A stretch of DNA of 64,000 bases from Klebsormidium nitens (GCA_000708835.1 DF237013.1:67071-131070), one strand, 5' to 3'; positions 49,101 through 62,252 are shown, counted from the first letter of the stretch. Made by a program: numbers and translations. Notes: a model not told the origin generated them from the letters alone.

Positions 49101-52100
49101 AACTTTCCAGCTTCTTCAGATGTTCAACTGTTTCAAATCAATTCTTCATCACAGAAAGAAGACGATGTCCAAACGTTTCGTTGTGAGTCGAAAAGCTGAT
49201 GCCAGAAGCTTTGAATGCAGTTCTTTCGGTTCCTTCTCGGACGCTTCTGGACATGCCACAATCGCCTTCATGGCAACTCGTAATAGGCCTCTGAACGATC
49301 TGCGTATGTCTCCATCCTAACAGTTCCCACATTTTTGGGGACAAGCTTCGAAGCGTCTCATGTTTCAGCTACCTGAACGCTGATACATGCATACCTCACT
49401 CAAAGATTCCTTAAAGAAGCATGGGTTCACTTGACAGAGTGGGTTTCGAATCGTCACTCGTTTGACAAGGCAGAATGCACCTTTTCCACGGTCCATCAGA
49501 CACTTTGTCTATCCATTCCTAGCTATCGTCACCTCCCCAATCGGACGTCCGCAGGTGGTGGGCAGTTTGGACGGCCCGACGCCGTCCGTGTACCGTCCGG
49601 TGATCAGCATCCAGGAGCCGCGCCGGGAAATCATCGACAACATGGAGAGCGCAACCAAGTAGGCGCGAGCGCTCTTCGAAAGCTTCTGATTCTCAGCCGT
49701 TTGGTTGCTGTAGCCCAGGCTTGACCAGTTTGTCATCATTTTGAAGTGTGAACTGAGGATTACTTCTGCAACGCCATGCTATGAGCTTCTTGGGTTACCT
49801 GCGCTGAATTGTTCGAAGAAAGCAGACGAGGTAGCGGCTAGAAATGACCAACCAAATCCCTACCACATACTCCGATTCGATCAGAACCTTATCAATACCA
49901 TTTTAACCGCTTAAAAATCTGAGGACCAATCGACAAATTTTTCCTTGCAGAGACCTGCTTGATAGCTTCTACAAGAGCATCAAAGCGCCACCCGACCGCG
50001 TCCTCATGTTCAGGTGAGCGCAGCGCGTGCGCGCGCGCCGTCGGGCGCTCGTACGACCTTCGTCACTGCGACGTCATCTGAAGAAAGACCGGACCTTATC
50101 AACGGTCCTTCCACGGGCGCTTCATTGTTCAATGGAAGATGTCTCTTTCGAAGGCACCTACATTTCTGAAAGCTCGAAGAGCTTAGAACGCCGCACCAAT
50201 GCCATCTTTGCACTTCTCTGTTACTTCCCTGGCTTATTTCCTATCGCCGGCACTTATCTCGTAGCTCTACTTTGTTACGATCTTTCAGGGACGGGGTTAG
50301 CGAGGGGCAATTTGGCGCAGTCCTGAACACGGAAGTGGAAGCTATGAAGCGGGTGAGTGACGCCCGCGGCCGCGACCGCCCTCCAGACCCCGCCTTGCCG
50401 TTGCTTTTATTTACTAGACGTTTGCTTGCGTTACCTTTTTGGATTATCTGGAGTTTAGATTTAAAAAAGTCACGCCGTTGCTTGAAGTGCATCCGCTGGG
50501 CGAAGGTAAGGAAGGCGATGGGAATCCGCAGAGTCAACATAGAATTGGGGAGACGCCATCTGCGGATCGTGTGCTATCGGCTTGATCCCTGGGCAGCGGT
50601 CAATATATGACGTTCGCAGCCTCTTTTATCGATTATATGCAAAGTTGGGCTTTCAATCGAAACAAATGTCCAGTGCTGCAGCAAGCAAGGCCATTTCTTC
50701 GAATCTTTAGAGCGGAACCGCCCACGGAACCGCCCATCCCTTCGCTACCTTGTAGCAAGGTCTCATGACTACCGTTTGGCAGGTTTTCCGCACATTTGAT
50801 GATCGCCCATGACAATTTCAACTTGGATCCTGATATTTGGATTCCACATGAACATTACACAGTTTCCACTCAAACAAATTGATCTTATTGTAACTGAAAA
50901 GATTGTTTGCTTCTGGTTTCCCGTCAGGCCATCCGCACGTTCGGCGCCGAGCACCAGCACCCTGAGTACGACCCCCGGATGGCCTTCATCATCATTCAGA
51001 AAAAACACCATATGCGCATCTTCAGCCTGGACGCGGCCGGCCGCCCCAACAACCCCGAGCCAGGTAAGGGCTTGGGAAGGGTTTAGCGAGGTGTGGCGGG
51101 ATTTGGGCAGGTGTTCAGATGGTCAGGTGTTCAGTTCAGCTTTGTTTTGTCGTATCCTGGACAAGCCCTCCACTTCCTTTCCACGTCATGGCCCTTGTTG
51201 GGCTTCAGATGTGCAGATAGGAACATGAAATGTCCAAGTAGGAAAGAAGTAGCGCTGCATACGTATTGGACGATAGTCGGATCAGTGATCTTGCTGTTCT
51301 CGATGAGTCACCGGAAAAATTCTTGCCTTCTTGTCTTCAAGCGGAAGCGGCCGGTCACTTGAAACGAGCCTCGGTATGGAGGCATTCCCACGAATGAAAC
51401 TTCGCAACTGCCACACGTTGTCGTGGGCAGATTGCCCTTTTTTGCTTTTGCTAGCCGCGTTCTGTTGCAACTTCGTCTGCCTTTCAGAGAGCTTTGAGAG
51501 GAGCTCTAGAAGGGCTTTAGGCGCTCCTTTCTGAAAAAGACTTTTCTGAAAAAGGAAAGATTCGGAAGCATACGACAAGCGCAAAGACAGTAGCAACCGA
51601 GAATTGAATTGGTTCATTGAGTTCCGGGATTTGGGTTCTCGATTTCAATGAAACCCTTGATTTAACCAACTTTTCGGTCGGTTTAGGCACCGTGGTGGAC
51701 CGGGACATCTGCTCCCCCTATATGAACGACTTCTTCCTCAACTCGCACAAGGGACTCCTGGCAAGTAACGGCTCACGGACTGTACTTCTACGGCCTCCGA
51801 TATTATGAAGCTCTGATTCGAGCAGTCCTTCAATCTACCAATGTTTCCTGCGAGGTCTTTGTTCTCTTTTGCTGCACCAGTCTAACCAGAAGCAGATATC
51901 TCGAAGCGCGAGAAGCGTCAAGTATAATTTGGAAACGCCAGATCCTGCTTTTGCTTCGGTTCACCGCACTCAAAACGCATCTGATCCCATCCAAGTTACA
52001 TCTAGCTGAATTGCCAGCGCTTCGCTCCTCTCCTCTCTTCAGCATGCTTGTACTTCATACAATCCATAAACTCGGATACTCGGGACTTTTCTGGGCTTCC

Positions 52101-53306
52101 AGCAAATTGGCGCCTCTCTAGCGCGCTCTAAAATGACTCGCAACTATCTCTAGTCTGGAGGTTGCTCCCAGAAAACTGCAAGGTTCATGAAAGGAAAGTG
52201 ATAAGTAAGATCTGACGAGATTGGCGGGTAACGACCTTGCAGGGGACCAACCGCCCGGCGCACTACTTCGTGCTGTATGACGAGATTGGGTATTCGGCTG
52301 ACGACATCCAGGAGATGGCGAACGACCTGTGCTACGTGTAAGCATCCCATTGGTCGACACTTTTACTCTCTGAAAGACGTGATTGTCATTCCGGTCGAGT
52401 GGATCAGGAGCAGATAAGTTTTCCAAAAAGAACGAGTTTTAATATTGAGCTCGAAAAGAAAGATACGAAGTTTTGGCTCTCAAATGAAGACGAGAAAGCT
52501 CTGAAGCTGGTGAAGTGCGTGAAGTTGTGCAAGTCATTCTTGCACAGAACTTCTCCTGTCCCTGTGCGTTACTTCCTGACCTTTCCGTCTTCGCTTTGCA
52601 GCTACGCAAAATGCACCCGGTCGATATCTGTCGGTGAGTCCCTCTCAAATTGTGCCCGCAACTGGTCCACTCAGCTGAGCTGTGATACTAAGGACGAGAT
52701 GGTGAACTCCTATTAGCCGCTACCATCACAGTGCCAAAGAACGTCCGCGTTCTAAACGCTCTGCCATGCGAGCTGCTTGACACCTACCTTCTGACCGTCC
52801 CACCGGCCAAGAAGCAGTCTGCTTTGCTTGAATCCTCGCCTCCCTCGGGTTGTCTCTGGCTTGTGGATTCACACCCTGAATCCACAAAGGTGACGCGCTG
52901 CCGCACTGGCGCCAAGTAAATCTCTTGAGCAAGTAGGAGTCTGCTTCGTTATTGCCATCATCTTCCGAGGCGACTTACGTACATTTCAGCAATGAGCCAG
53001 TCTGTTCGTTACACTAACCAGCTTCCGAACCGGGGATTTTACTACACCAATAAGGGGGCGACGCCGCCGCATGTACTTTAGACAACTCCCTCGGCCAGTC
53101 TGCTTCGTCCAAGTAACCACCTCTCGGGGCGTTCTTTTGCAGTCCCCCCGGCGTACTACGCTGACAAGGTGGCTACGCGCGGCCGCATGTACATCGAAGC
53201 CGCGGCCGGCTCCGAGAGTGGCTCGTCGGGCGGCCGCGACACGTGGCGGGACGTCAAGCTGCCGGAAGTGCAGGACGTCATCAGGAACCGCATGTTCTAT
53301 TGCTAG
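40110..53306 (+). CDS. AGO: Argonaute (N-PAZ-MID-PIWI), 23 exons, DEDD catalytic tetrad
   Basis: Exons: 40110-40310, 40852-41202, 41715-41752, 42362-42510, 43239-43357, 43900-44003 (GA donor), 44517-44673, 45110-45223, 45711-45818, 46092-46151, 46625-46747, 47160-47301, 47684-47817, 48171-48231, 48657-48718, 49555-49658, 49951-50013, 50289-50352, 50928-51063, 51687-51760 (GC donor), 52243-52337, 52602-52633, 53143-53306. Motifs: LLANLY, YGELK, SQC, LKINVK, GADVSHP, RDGVSEGQF, QKKHHMR, GTVVD, GTNRPAHY, LCY, CTRSISVPPAYYAD, MFYC*. Confidence 0.95.
42444..42890 (+). repeat. Degenerate tandem repeat of ~135-147 bp (~3.3 units) spanning the AGO exon 4 3' end and its donor
   Basis: Units start at about 42444, 42578, 42725 and 42857 (tacc/taaccgggg...gcag/atccaagc...tggcg..gaaccta/gacgta). 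The intronic part (ctgcactgct...cgcctttt..aac...gaagct) is also repeated. Confidence 0.8.
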
Positions 53307-54422
53307 ATCGTAAAGCGGCCAAGCCTGGAGAACCTGTGACGGGCAAAAAAAATTCAGGTCATGTGAGGCAATAGACCTAGATGGTCGGGGTGGATTTTCG
53401 TATGATAGCAAAGAGTCATGGCCGGTGGTAAGATGACGCTTTGGAAGAATTGCTAGATGGAAGCATGTAGAGCGATTTGGCGGTCGGGTATAGTGTACGG
53501 TGCGTACGTATCTTAAGATCGTCACGCGGTGGCGGGAATATCACAGAGACAATCATTACATGTGCTTGACGGGCGGGCTTTGCAAAGAAACGTGCAGACA
53601 AGGACGATACTGAAACCACGCTTAGCGTCTCTCATTGCAATCAGCTCTTTCGGTGTTTATATGTAGTCGATGTCTGACTGCTCAAGGCCTCTGACTCTGG
53701 CCGATCTTGGAAATGCGTATATGCTGTCGGACTCCGTCTGCACAGCGAGACTGAGAACTAGATCCAGGGCTACATGTTCTCTATATTCGAGTACGTCCTG
53801 GCACACGGTCAACATCCAATCATGCAGACGATCATCATGCGTCGACAATGTAATGACTGTTGACGTCAACGACGCGCGGCCGGGGAACGCAACCATGCGC
53901 GTTGCATGTGACCAGAACTGCAAATTAGCCATTTGCAGACCATATGATGAGCGGCCAAACCGGACCCGGAAGATGGCTCTGCATTCCGCATGCACTTGAA
54001 TCGTTGCCACAGGCGTTGAGTATGACCGTTGGTTACCTACGTACGCAAATTTGATTCGGGAAATGGTTATATCATCGTCGACTGCATCAGCGGATGTGAA
54101 GCACTTGCGAATCGTAAAGAAGCTAGACGTAGATTGAAGTGGTCAAGACGACGGTGCCCTTGAACATGAAGCTCGTGACTCACAGACTTTCTTGCATGTT
54201 GGCGTTGCTCAATCCAAAAGCGAGCGTTTAATAAAGTGCAATTGTTTCCTGCTCTAGGTTCAGGTTCCGCTATCCTGGAACCAGCGAGGTTAAGACTACG
54301 CTCGCTCGTGCAACTCGGTTGACGTTTATTCGTGTCAAGTAAGTTTCTTGGGGCTTCTGACCCTAGTGTTAAACAAGGGTTGCCAAATCTCCTCGTATTA
54401 TTCAGTCTTCCGAACGATATCC

Positions 54423-56127
54423 TCATTCCAACACGATGGTCTTGCCATCGGCCGTCTTAATGCCAACAGCTTTTAATGCGGGCGGCCCCTCAACCCACCG
54501 CAGCGGCAGACGACGCCCTTCGACGCCCTCGCCTATCCACTCCTTCATGGCCGCCTTGTCGCTTTCGCCTCCGGAGAGCTCGATGTATTCGAAGCCCACC
54601 GGGTCTGCCACGTGTTCAACCACCCGCTGTGAATGGAAACGTACAAAGTTTGGATGTTAAGTACTCCCTCGCTTCTTCTTGGCGGTTAAAAAGCGGTAGC
54701 ACTTCTGAGGTATGCAAATCAGCATAAACACGAGAACTCAAAGGCGATGGAAACCGACTCGTGCCAATTCGTGCACTCCCGGATCAAGGAATGGAAAGAG
54801 ACCGGGACGAAAGCTGAGCGGCTGGGCCAAACCGGGAGCCAAACCCGCTTTATGATTGTGGCAAAAGATAGAACCCTTGGATCAGTCGCCACAACTTTAC
54901 TGTCAATCTATCCATGTCGCGAATGGCCCCATGATCCAAGGTGGCGGCTACCCAGATGCTATTAGGGACGAACCCATTGGGGGAGGGTCAATCTGTACGA
55001 ATGGGCCTTGCTTCGTTTCATACATTTCAGAGCTCAGGGTCTACCCCCGCTCTTCACGGAGTTCAAAGCGTTGGCCTTTTGGCCTACCAGTTCTAAACAT
55101 GCGAACTTTTTATCATCAGGCGGGATCATCAATCGAATAACCAACGACGTCAGCGAAAGCAAGCTCACCTTGTCGGGCCGCTTCGAGGGGTCGTCCCACG
55201 TGATGAAGAACGGCTTTGGCGCGCGATCGGACTCGTGGAAGCGCGACATCGTCGCAACGCGCCACGTCAGATAGTCGCCACCGGGCAGGACGCGCTTCAT
55301 GTGGCCCAGCATGTGGTTCAGCCGCTTGCTGATGTCAGCGGCGTCCTCCTTCGTCTGGCAGCAGAACGTCAGCATCTTCCAGGGCTTCTCTGGGGTCACC
55401 TCAGTCGATGCGATTAACCTGCACATAAGGATAGAACCAAATTAGCCGTGCTTTAGTAGCGGAACACAAGTGCACACTGAGAATATGGTTCTTGTCTCCT
55501 TTGGTGCGCCTGTCGACATCAGCAAATCAGCAGTGTAGAAATGACACGACACAAATCTAGGAGGCTAAGTTCAGCCCTGGCATACATAGTACGAGCTGGT
55601 ACTCAAATTCACGGGAATCTGTCTTCATAAGCTGGCAAATCCCTTCCAAACGCCTGGAAGTCGAAAAGCAGTACCTAGTCGATTCCATCAGTCATGTCTG
55701 AGCAGATTCTGTTATGCCCAGAGAAGGCTATTCAGAGCATGATTCGTAATGAAACTGGCAATTTTCATGGGCAAAATTTCAAGCCCCAGTCACGGATTTG
55801 AGCAAGGGTTCCAGACCCAGACGTTCTTGACCAGAACCCTTATAGCTCAGAAGTAGACACCCTATACAAGAGAGTCATGGCGCGCACTAAGAAAAGCCCT
55901 CACTTGCCCCAGTCGCACGTCTGCGCGGCTTCCGGGTCGAACACGGCTGCAATTTCAATGTAGCCCTGTCCCAGGGGGATGAGATAGTTCTCTGTTCCCC
56001 ACCCCCCCTGGTGCTTCCCGCCGTCGTAGCCTTGCAGACCATACTCCTTCAAAAAGTACTCTTTGGCCGCCACCAAGTCCTTCGCTCCAATGATAAGATG
56101 GTCGATTCGTGGGAGAGTTTCCGCCAT
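54423..56127 (-). CDS. Glyoxalase-like (VOC superfamily, Glyoxalase_3-type) protein
   Basis: Exons 56127-55904, 55418-55169 and 54626-54423 are phase-consistent. They encode RIDHLIIGAKDL...GGKHQGGWGTENYLIPLGQGYIEI and ...LTWR...PFFITWD, which resemble bacterial glyoxalase-like domain proteins. Confidence 0.8.
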
Positions 56128-58081
56128 TGAGACAAGCGGGGATTGATATCTGCAAGAGCACGGGAGTCTCGTCGTATCCATGAAGACATCTTGACTGTTG
56201 AAAAATGGAGCTCAACATCAACTTAAAAAGCCGGAAGTACTGCTAGGTTGATCAGAATTGGTGTTGTCGCTACGGAGGACAGACCGCAGATTCTCAAAGC
56301 AAAGTGAAGGTATTGTTGCTTTTACATGTAAAGCTGTCAAAGCAGGAGCCTTTCCGAGCAGCAGAAAGCTTTCTTTCTTCCGAGACCTCTTCTGATCCTG
56401 GGAAAGGGAGCCAACAGCAACCCAAGAAAGAGGAGAATCTGCTGACTGGGGCAGCTCTTCTGGCCTCCAAAAGCAAGAAAGATCTCTCATGACTAAGGCA
56501 AACACCACCACACACCGAGTGCAAAATACACAACTGAGGTGAGCACATCGCAAGCGCATTAGACAAAGGTCTTGATATTCAAGCACAGCAGCTCCTGAAT
56601 TACTCACCTTGCAAACCCTAATGCAGACCCTCCGACTCTGTCACGCCAGCAGCTGGTGGAGCAGATGTTAAGACCTGCTTTTTCTTTTTTCAGACTGGAG
56701 GTGTATGAACAAGAGTGGCCTTCAGAGAGCTTTGCAGAAATTGCAGGATTCTTCCAGAGCTTAGGAAAGCTTTGAGTTCGATGTCAGGTTTCCTGCTTTG
56801 TGCAGATAATTTGTTTTGTACTTCTTTTTTGACCTTGAGGTATGCTGCGTGACTACATCAGCTCTTCAACCGGCTGAGATTGTTAGCTCAGAAAGGGAAG
56901 CAGCAACCATAGACACAAAGGGCTGGATCCAACAAAAGTATCCACAACGCAGGCTTCAGGCTGATCTAGCTATCAACTTTCACGCCAAGTTCTCTCACAT
57001 TTCTCTATCCAATCAAGAAGGTGGCCAAGATTTAGAAATGACTTGAATGGGCCATTTGGCGTTCCCTCCTCTTCGTAGATTTGACGTACCTACCTACCAC
57101 GGCGACAGCAGCATTCAAGAGAGCACGAGATGAACTCGGATCGGGATGGAGTCCATTATGAAGTGAGCAGCGAGGGCGGAATAACGTCAATATCGCGTGG
57201 CGTGCTCTGATTGCTCGAACGGATTCTTTTTTCGTCCACGTGGGTATCACGTGAGAGTCAGGGCCCACGGGGGTTCATTTTCTGCCCAGGCCAATTCTTC
57301 TCCAGCCCAGAAAATGGCACTGGCAAAATATTGATAACCAAATATTGGCCGCCGTCCTCCCCAGGCTCAGACATTCAAGCAACATCCTGGGGTACCGCAG
57401 AAGTAGCCCATTTGTTGAATGCTTGCCCAAAGTGGATTCTGAAGCTAGAGAGCCGTGTCTTCAGACTCCAGCTCAGATTACAATCTGACCTGCCATAGAT
57501 AGGACGTGATCGTGACGACGAGCATTCAATGCGGCCACTTCTGCCGGCCGCTTGGTTCTGCGCGAGTAATTTCCCGGCTTCGCTCAGCCAAGTCTGACTT
57601 TGAATTCCGTCCAGCAGACTGCAAGCAGCAGTTGCTTTCTAAACCCTGTATTAAACTTTCTCGCATTCAATGTCTTCTAAGAGACACATCCCTCCTGATC
57701 CGAAGACCTGCAAACGCAAGATTGCAGCACTCGGAACGCTCAAACAGCCAAAGTTGGAGTTCCTTTTAAACACTTCCAATCTAGAGGTCTGGAGAAAACG
57801 CTTTGCAAGCGTGAGACTCAATACTTCTCTAGTCAACCTTTACAAACGCACCTTCATCGTGTTGAAGACAACTTCACTACTTCCTTCTTTGCACATTCGT
57901 TGTTCCTCGTTTCTAAAAGCACTTCTAAGATACCCACTCGTTGTCCTGGAGAATTGGAAGTGCCTCCGCCAAGAATCCAAACGGCTGCGCTCCAATCCTG
58001 TGCCCCAGCACTACGCCTTCTCTTTCCCATCTGTCCCATCAAGCACTCTCTCAATAAGGGAGCCTCATAAGCGGGCGCACG

Positions 58082-61000
58082 ATGCATAAGGTGACGGAGC
58101 CCATCCAGTACATATCCGACCAGCTGCTGGCGCAGATTGCGGCGCTGTGCAAGACATTGCCGAAAGTGGTTGTGGTGGGTGCGGGGCCGGCAGGGCTGAA
58201 CCTCGCCAGGGGCCTGAAGGGGCACGCTGATGTCACAATAGTGGACGGGTGAGGGGCTATTTGGATTTTCATTCGAGAAGTTGTGAGGTATTTGATTGGA
58301 GAATTTGTGGGGTGTTATCTTGGAGAAATTGTGTGGTGTACTCGAGAATGTTTTGATGGTGGGAATTGTTGGACAAGCGTTTGCGGTGCAGCCTAGGAAA
58401 CGTGCCAACACTTCTGATGAGGGCAGGAAGATGATGAGCGAGTCGTGTTCTTACCAGACTGGTGAGAAGGCAGAGAGCCCGGTATGCGGGTTGTTGGACA
58501 TTTTGCGAACTCTGAAGTGCATCTCTCACGCGGAGTGCACGAGCAACCTTGTTAACAGACGTGGAGAAGTAGCCCGGGGTTTCTGTACTGCGTCTAAGCT
58601 AAATTGATGTGACTCACCTTAAGAAGCAAACTTAAGAAGCAAATTTTTTGTTTTTCAGGAAAGGCTACCATGAGCTCAACTCTGGCACCCTCCAGACGTT
58701 CATCACCCCGCACCATGGCAAGAAGGTGCTCATTGACTATCGAAGCATTCCGGATATAGGTGAGCGACCCATGATGCCAATAAATCTCTTGATCATGATA
58801 AGCATTTGGGCTTCTCTTTCAAGTCTCGGACTCAGATTGCAGTCCAATCCCTTGGAGCACAGTTTTCCATTCAAAGAACTTCAGATTGACTTTTTCCTCC
58901 AAGATTTCAACTGACCTCCCAGATTTGATTGAACCAGATTGTGTCATCGAAGAAGTGATTGAGATCCAGCTGATAGACTCAAAAGCCATATTATCAGGCA
59001 AATGGGCAGAATGGAGTCAACATGATCTGTAATGCAGGTTTCGCCAACGATGCTCTAAATACAAACTTGACACTGGCTGATCTGTAACTATCCAGGCAAA
59101 GTTATCAACGGCAAAGTTGTGTCAGTTCACAAGGGTTACGTCACTGTTGACAACGGGGCTTACACCGGGCAGTGGGACCTGGAGTATGATTGGCTCGTTT
59201 TGGCGCCCGGTTCGTCGTATGCGGACGGGCCCATCAAGACATTCTGCAGCTCGGCAGAGGAACGCCAGGCGATGATCCAGGTGAGAGGAGGTAACAGCTG
59301 GCGGTTAGTGTCTGACAGCTGTTGCTCCGTTTCGCGTGTGCAAATCCAAAAAGCTGTCGAAAGTAGCTTGGACTGTCGCACAAAACTTGTGGGCTATGGC
59401 CATCCGGATTGCAAAGGTGGAAATTGCCAAATCTGAGTAGACTTTTGCTTCAGTGGCCTAGCTCATTTATTGCACCCGAGAATCTTCGAGGATTGTCTTA
59501 GAGCAGAGACTGACAACCCAAGAAAAATGTAATCGACTGTTTTTAGAGGCCTCCAAGCGTGTTGGCTCATGAAATGGTGTTGTTATACCTGCCTTTCCGC
59601 AATATTCTTTCCGCATCCTGATAGTCGCTAACAGCGGCCTTGCCAAGCGGCCTTGCCAAGCTTTTAACCCAACCCTCTTCTCTCGTCCCACTTCAGCAAG
59701 AACACGCAAAGCTCGCGGCCGCAAAAACAATTCTTGTCATCGGGGGAGGTATTGTCGGCGTGGAATTGGCGGGGGAAGTGGTGACCAAGCTGCCAGGGAA
59801 GCGCGTGGTGCTTTTGACGTCCGGTCCCCGGTTGATTGCAGACAAGCCGTCCGACATCGGCGGCCGTGCTAAAGAGTTCCTGGAGCGCCAGGGAGTCGAG
59901 GTGGGCTATCAATACGCCATAGGATAAGTGGATCTCGGCTCATGAAAATACAGTTGTTTGCCGTTGAACCGGCTCTTAAGGTTGCCAAGATCTCGAGACG
60001 GATCTGAAAAGTGCAGACAGGTCAATTTTACAGCGTTGATCTCTGTGCAAAAGCGAGTACCCCTGCCCCGATTAGAGTCAGATGCTGAGTTTGAGCCCTT
60101 CTTGTGTGTGCTCAAACAGATTTCAGAAAGTGAAAATCACGAGCCTGTGCTTTTCTCCTCCATGGGTACTGCTCTTTGAGAAACGTCGCGCTGTGTCCAA
60201 AGCAGATAAAAGTAAAACTATTCATCAAGCGAGCACGCTTATGATGATTCTTTAAAGCAAGCTCCCCTCTCGGCGCTCCTTCCTTGTTGAAAGCCCTGCA
60301 TTACTGAAAGCCCAGTCCATTCCCATGGGGTTGCAGGTGCATGTCAACACCCGAGTGACCAAAACGGGCGAGGGCGAATACGTGTCCACTATCGGCCGAA
60401 CTTTTGAGGCCGACGTTGTATATATGACGGTGGGGGGAACGCCCAACACGCGGTTCCTCGAAAAGGGGATCATCCCTCTCGACTCGAAGGGCTTCATTAT
60501 GGTGAGTGTCCAGGACAGCGACACGTGGCCGTGTACCGGAAACGAACGGTCCATTGGCGTCGAGAGTTGCAGGTCGTGTTGGATAGCAAGTCTGGTGAGA
60601 ACAAGACGTGGAGAGGAAGCTCACTCCGCTCGTGAAGGGTCCTGCGCTTGTTAAGATCCCTTTTCGGTTCTTGGCCCACCGACGGGCTTCTGAAATTCAC
60701 AAGGAAAGAATTTTTAGCTGTAAACTCTATAAAGCCCGCTTGAGCAGCAGTTATCGCGGACTTTTGACAGGCGTCTCTAGCCAGACAGCCGTCTCTAGCC
60801 ATCAAAGAGTTGCGCGCGCAAGCGAAGCTTCCGACCCTTTTGAATCTTCGTCCGACCTTTTCTGGAACGGGATCAGAAGCCTTCAGTCGACAATTTCGGA
60901 TCTTGCAGGTCAATGAACATCTGCAAGTCAAGGGCCTACACAACGTATACGCTATCGGCGACGCCACGGACGTCAAGGAGACGAAGCTGGGTTACCTTGC

Positions 61001-62252
61001 GGCCGGACACGTAAGCGCCGGTTCTTGACCTTTACGACCTTTTTTTTGCTCGCTACTCTTTGGTCCTTCGGAGCGTCACCAGAATAGGGTCATCTTTCCA
61101 GCGTTTGGCAACCCGTATCCGCCCGGCTTCTGCCGGTCGCTTTTCTTTCTTTATTGGGAAATGGTGTCCAACGTTTTGTTGGTGTTTCAAGCTGGAATTT
61201 GTCTCGCTTTATAAGGATCAATCAAAGAGGACTCTCACAAGTGCCGGACGGCAGAGTCTTTCTACCAAGAAAGCGAGACGTCTCGAGAAAGCCGCGCTCC
61301 GTCCTCAGGCGCTTGCGAAAGTCGTAACGAAGTTTCCGCTGCATCCAGCCCCAGAAGAGACGGGCTCGAGCGCTGTATCCGGCTGACGTACTCGTGACGT
61401 CTGCTGCAGGGGCGGCTGACGGCGCTGAACCTAATCCAGCGGTTCCAGAAGGGCGACGCGGCCGCGCAGCAGGCGTGGATCCCGTTTGGCGGCTTTGAGG
61501 TGCGGCGATAAGTTCCTTGATATTAGCATGTCGAGAGTGAGAAACCCGTGGTTAGAAGTGTGTCACGAAAATGCGCCTTGAACGAACGGTGCATGTCTGG
61601 GAGTCACTTCGTATGTCGCACGGAAAGGGCTGCAGTTTGGGGTTCCTCGGCCTCATATTCGTTAGGTCCTCATACTTTGAAAGCGACAACTCATGAGTCT
61701 CTTAGGATCTGAAGGCGACAACTCATTAGGTTATCAAGGTTTGAAGGCTCCCTGTTGTCGCCCTTTTGAAGCTTTATCCAGGCTGGATCCCGGTGACAAT
61801 GACCATCGAGAGCTCTGTCCCAAAGCGAGCTTGAGTAACTGTTGCCAAGTTGCTCGACCTACTTCTGGACATCTTCGTCAGAAGAACTGCTCGAGCATCA
61901 CCTTGACGTTTCAGTCTGCCGTTTGTGCTCCGACGTTGATGCGCGCTCTTCGCTTTCCCAAGCATCATTCGAGCCTCGCCTCTAAGCTTGGAATGTTTTC
62001 CTCCGCATCCGCTAACCTGGTCGGTTTTCTTTCCCCGTGCAGTTTCTGACCGGGCAGGCGATGCTGTTTACGCTGGGGCGGGCGGACGGGGTATCGCAAG
62101 GCTGGTTTACGGCCTGGTTAACGATGATGGGCCCGGACGGGTGGTTCCCCGGGTGGTTAAAAGCTAAGGAACAGTACACAACGACCACCCGGAGGGGCCT
62201 CGGACTGGGGGAGCCCGAGGCCGATGGACACCCCTTGGTGGAAGCCACGTGA
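58082..62252 (+). CDS. AIFM2/FSP1-like FAD/NAD(P)H pyridine nucleotide-disulfide oxidoreductase
   Basis: Exons: 58082-58248, 58659-58759, 59096-59280, 59697-59900, 60337-60501, 60909-61010, 61410-61499, 62043 (or 62058)-62252. Motifs: VVVVGAGPAG, YDWLVLAPGS, ILVIGGGIVGVELAGEV, VNEHLQV.G..NVYAIGD, KLGYLA. The start codon and last acceptor are uncertain. Confidence 0.9.
58250..58370. repeat. G/T-skewed degenerate tandem array (gagaa(a/t)ttgtg.gg-like) at an intron 5' end
   Basis: About 4 imperfect ~25-30-bp units just after the donor at 58249. Confidence 0.55.

Noticed and set aside
57670-58089. 139-aa basic ORF upstream of the FSP1-like gene
   Set aside because: Promoter-like composition, no domain, and out of frame with the FSP1-like ATG.
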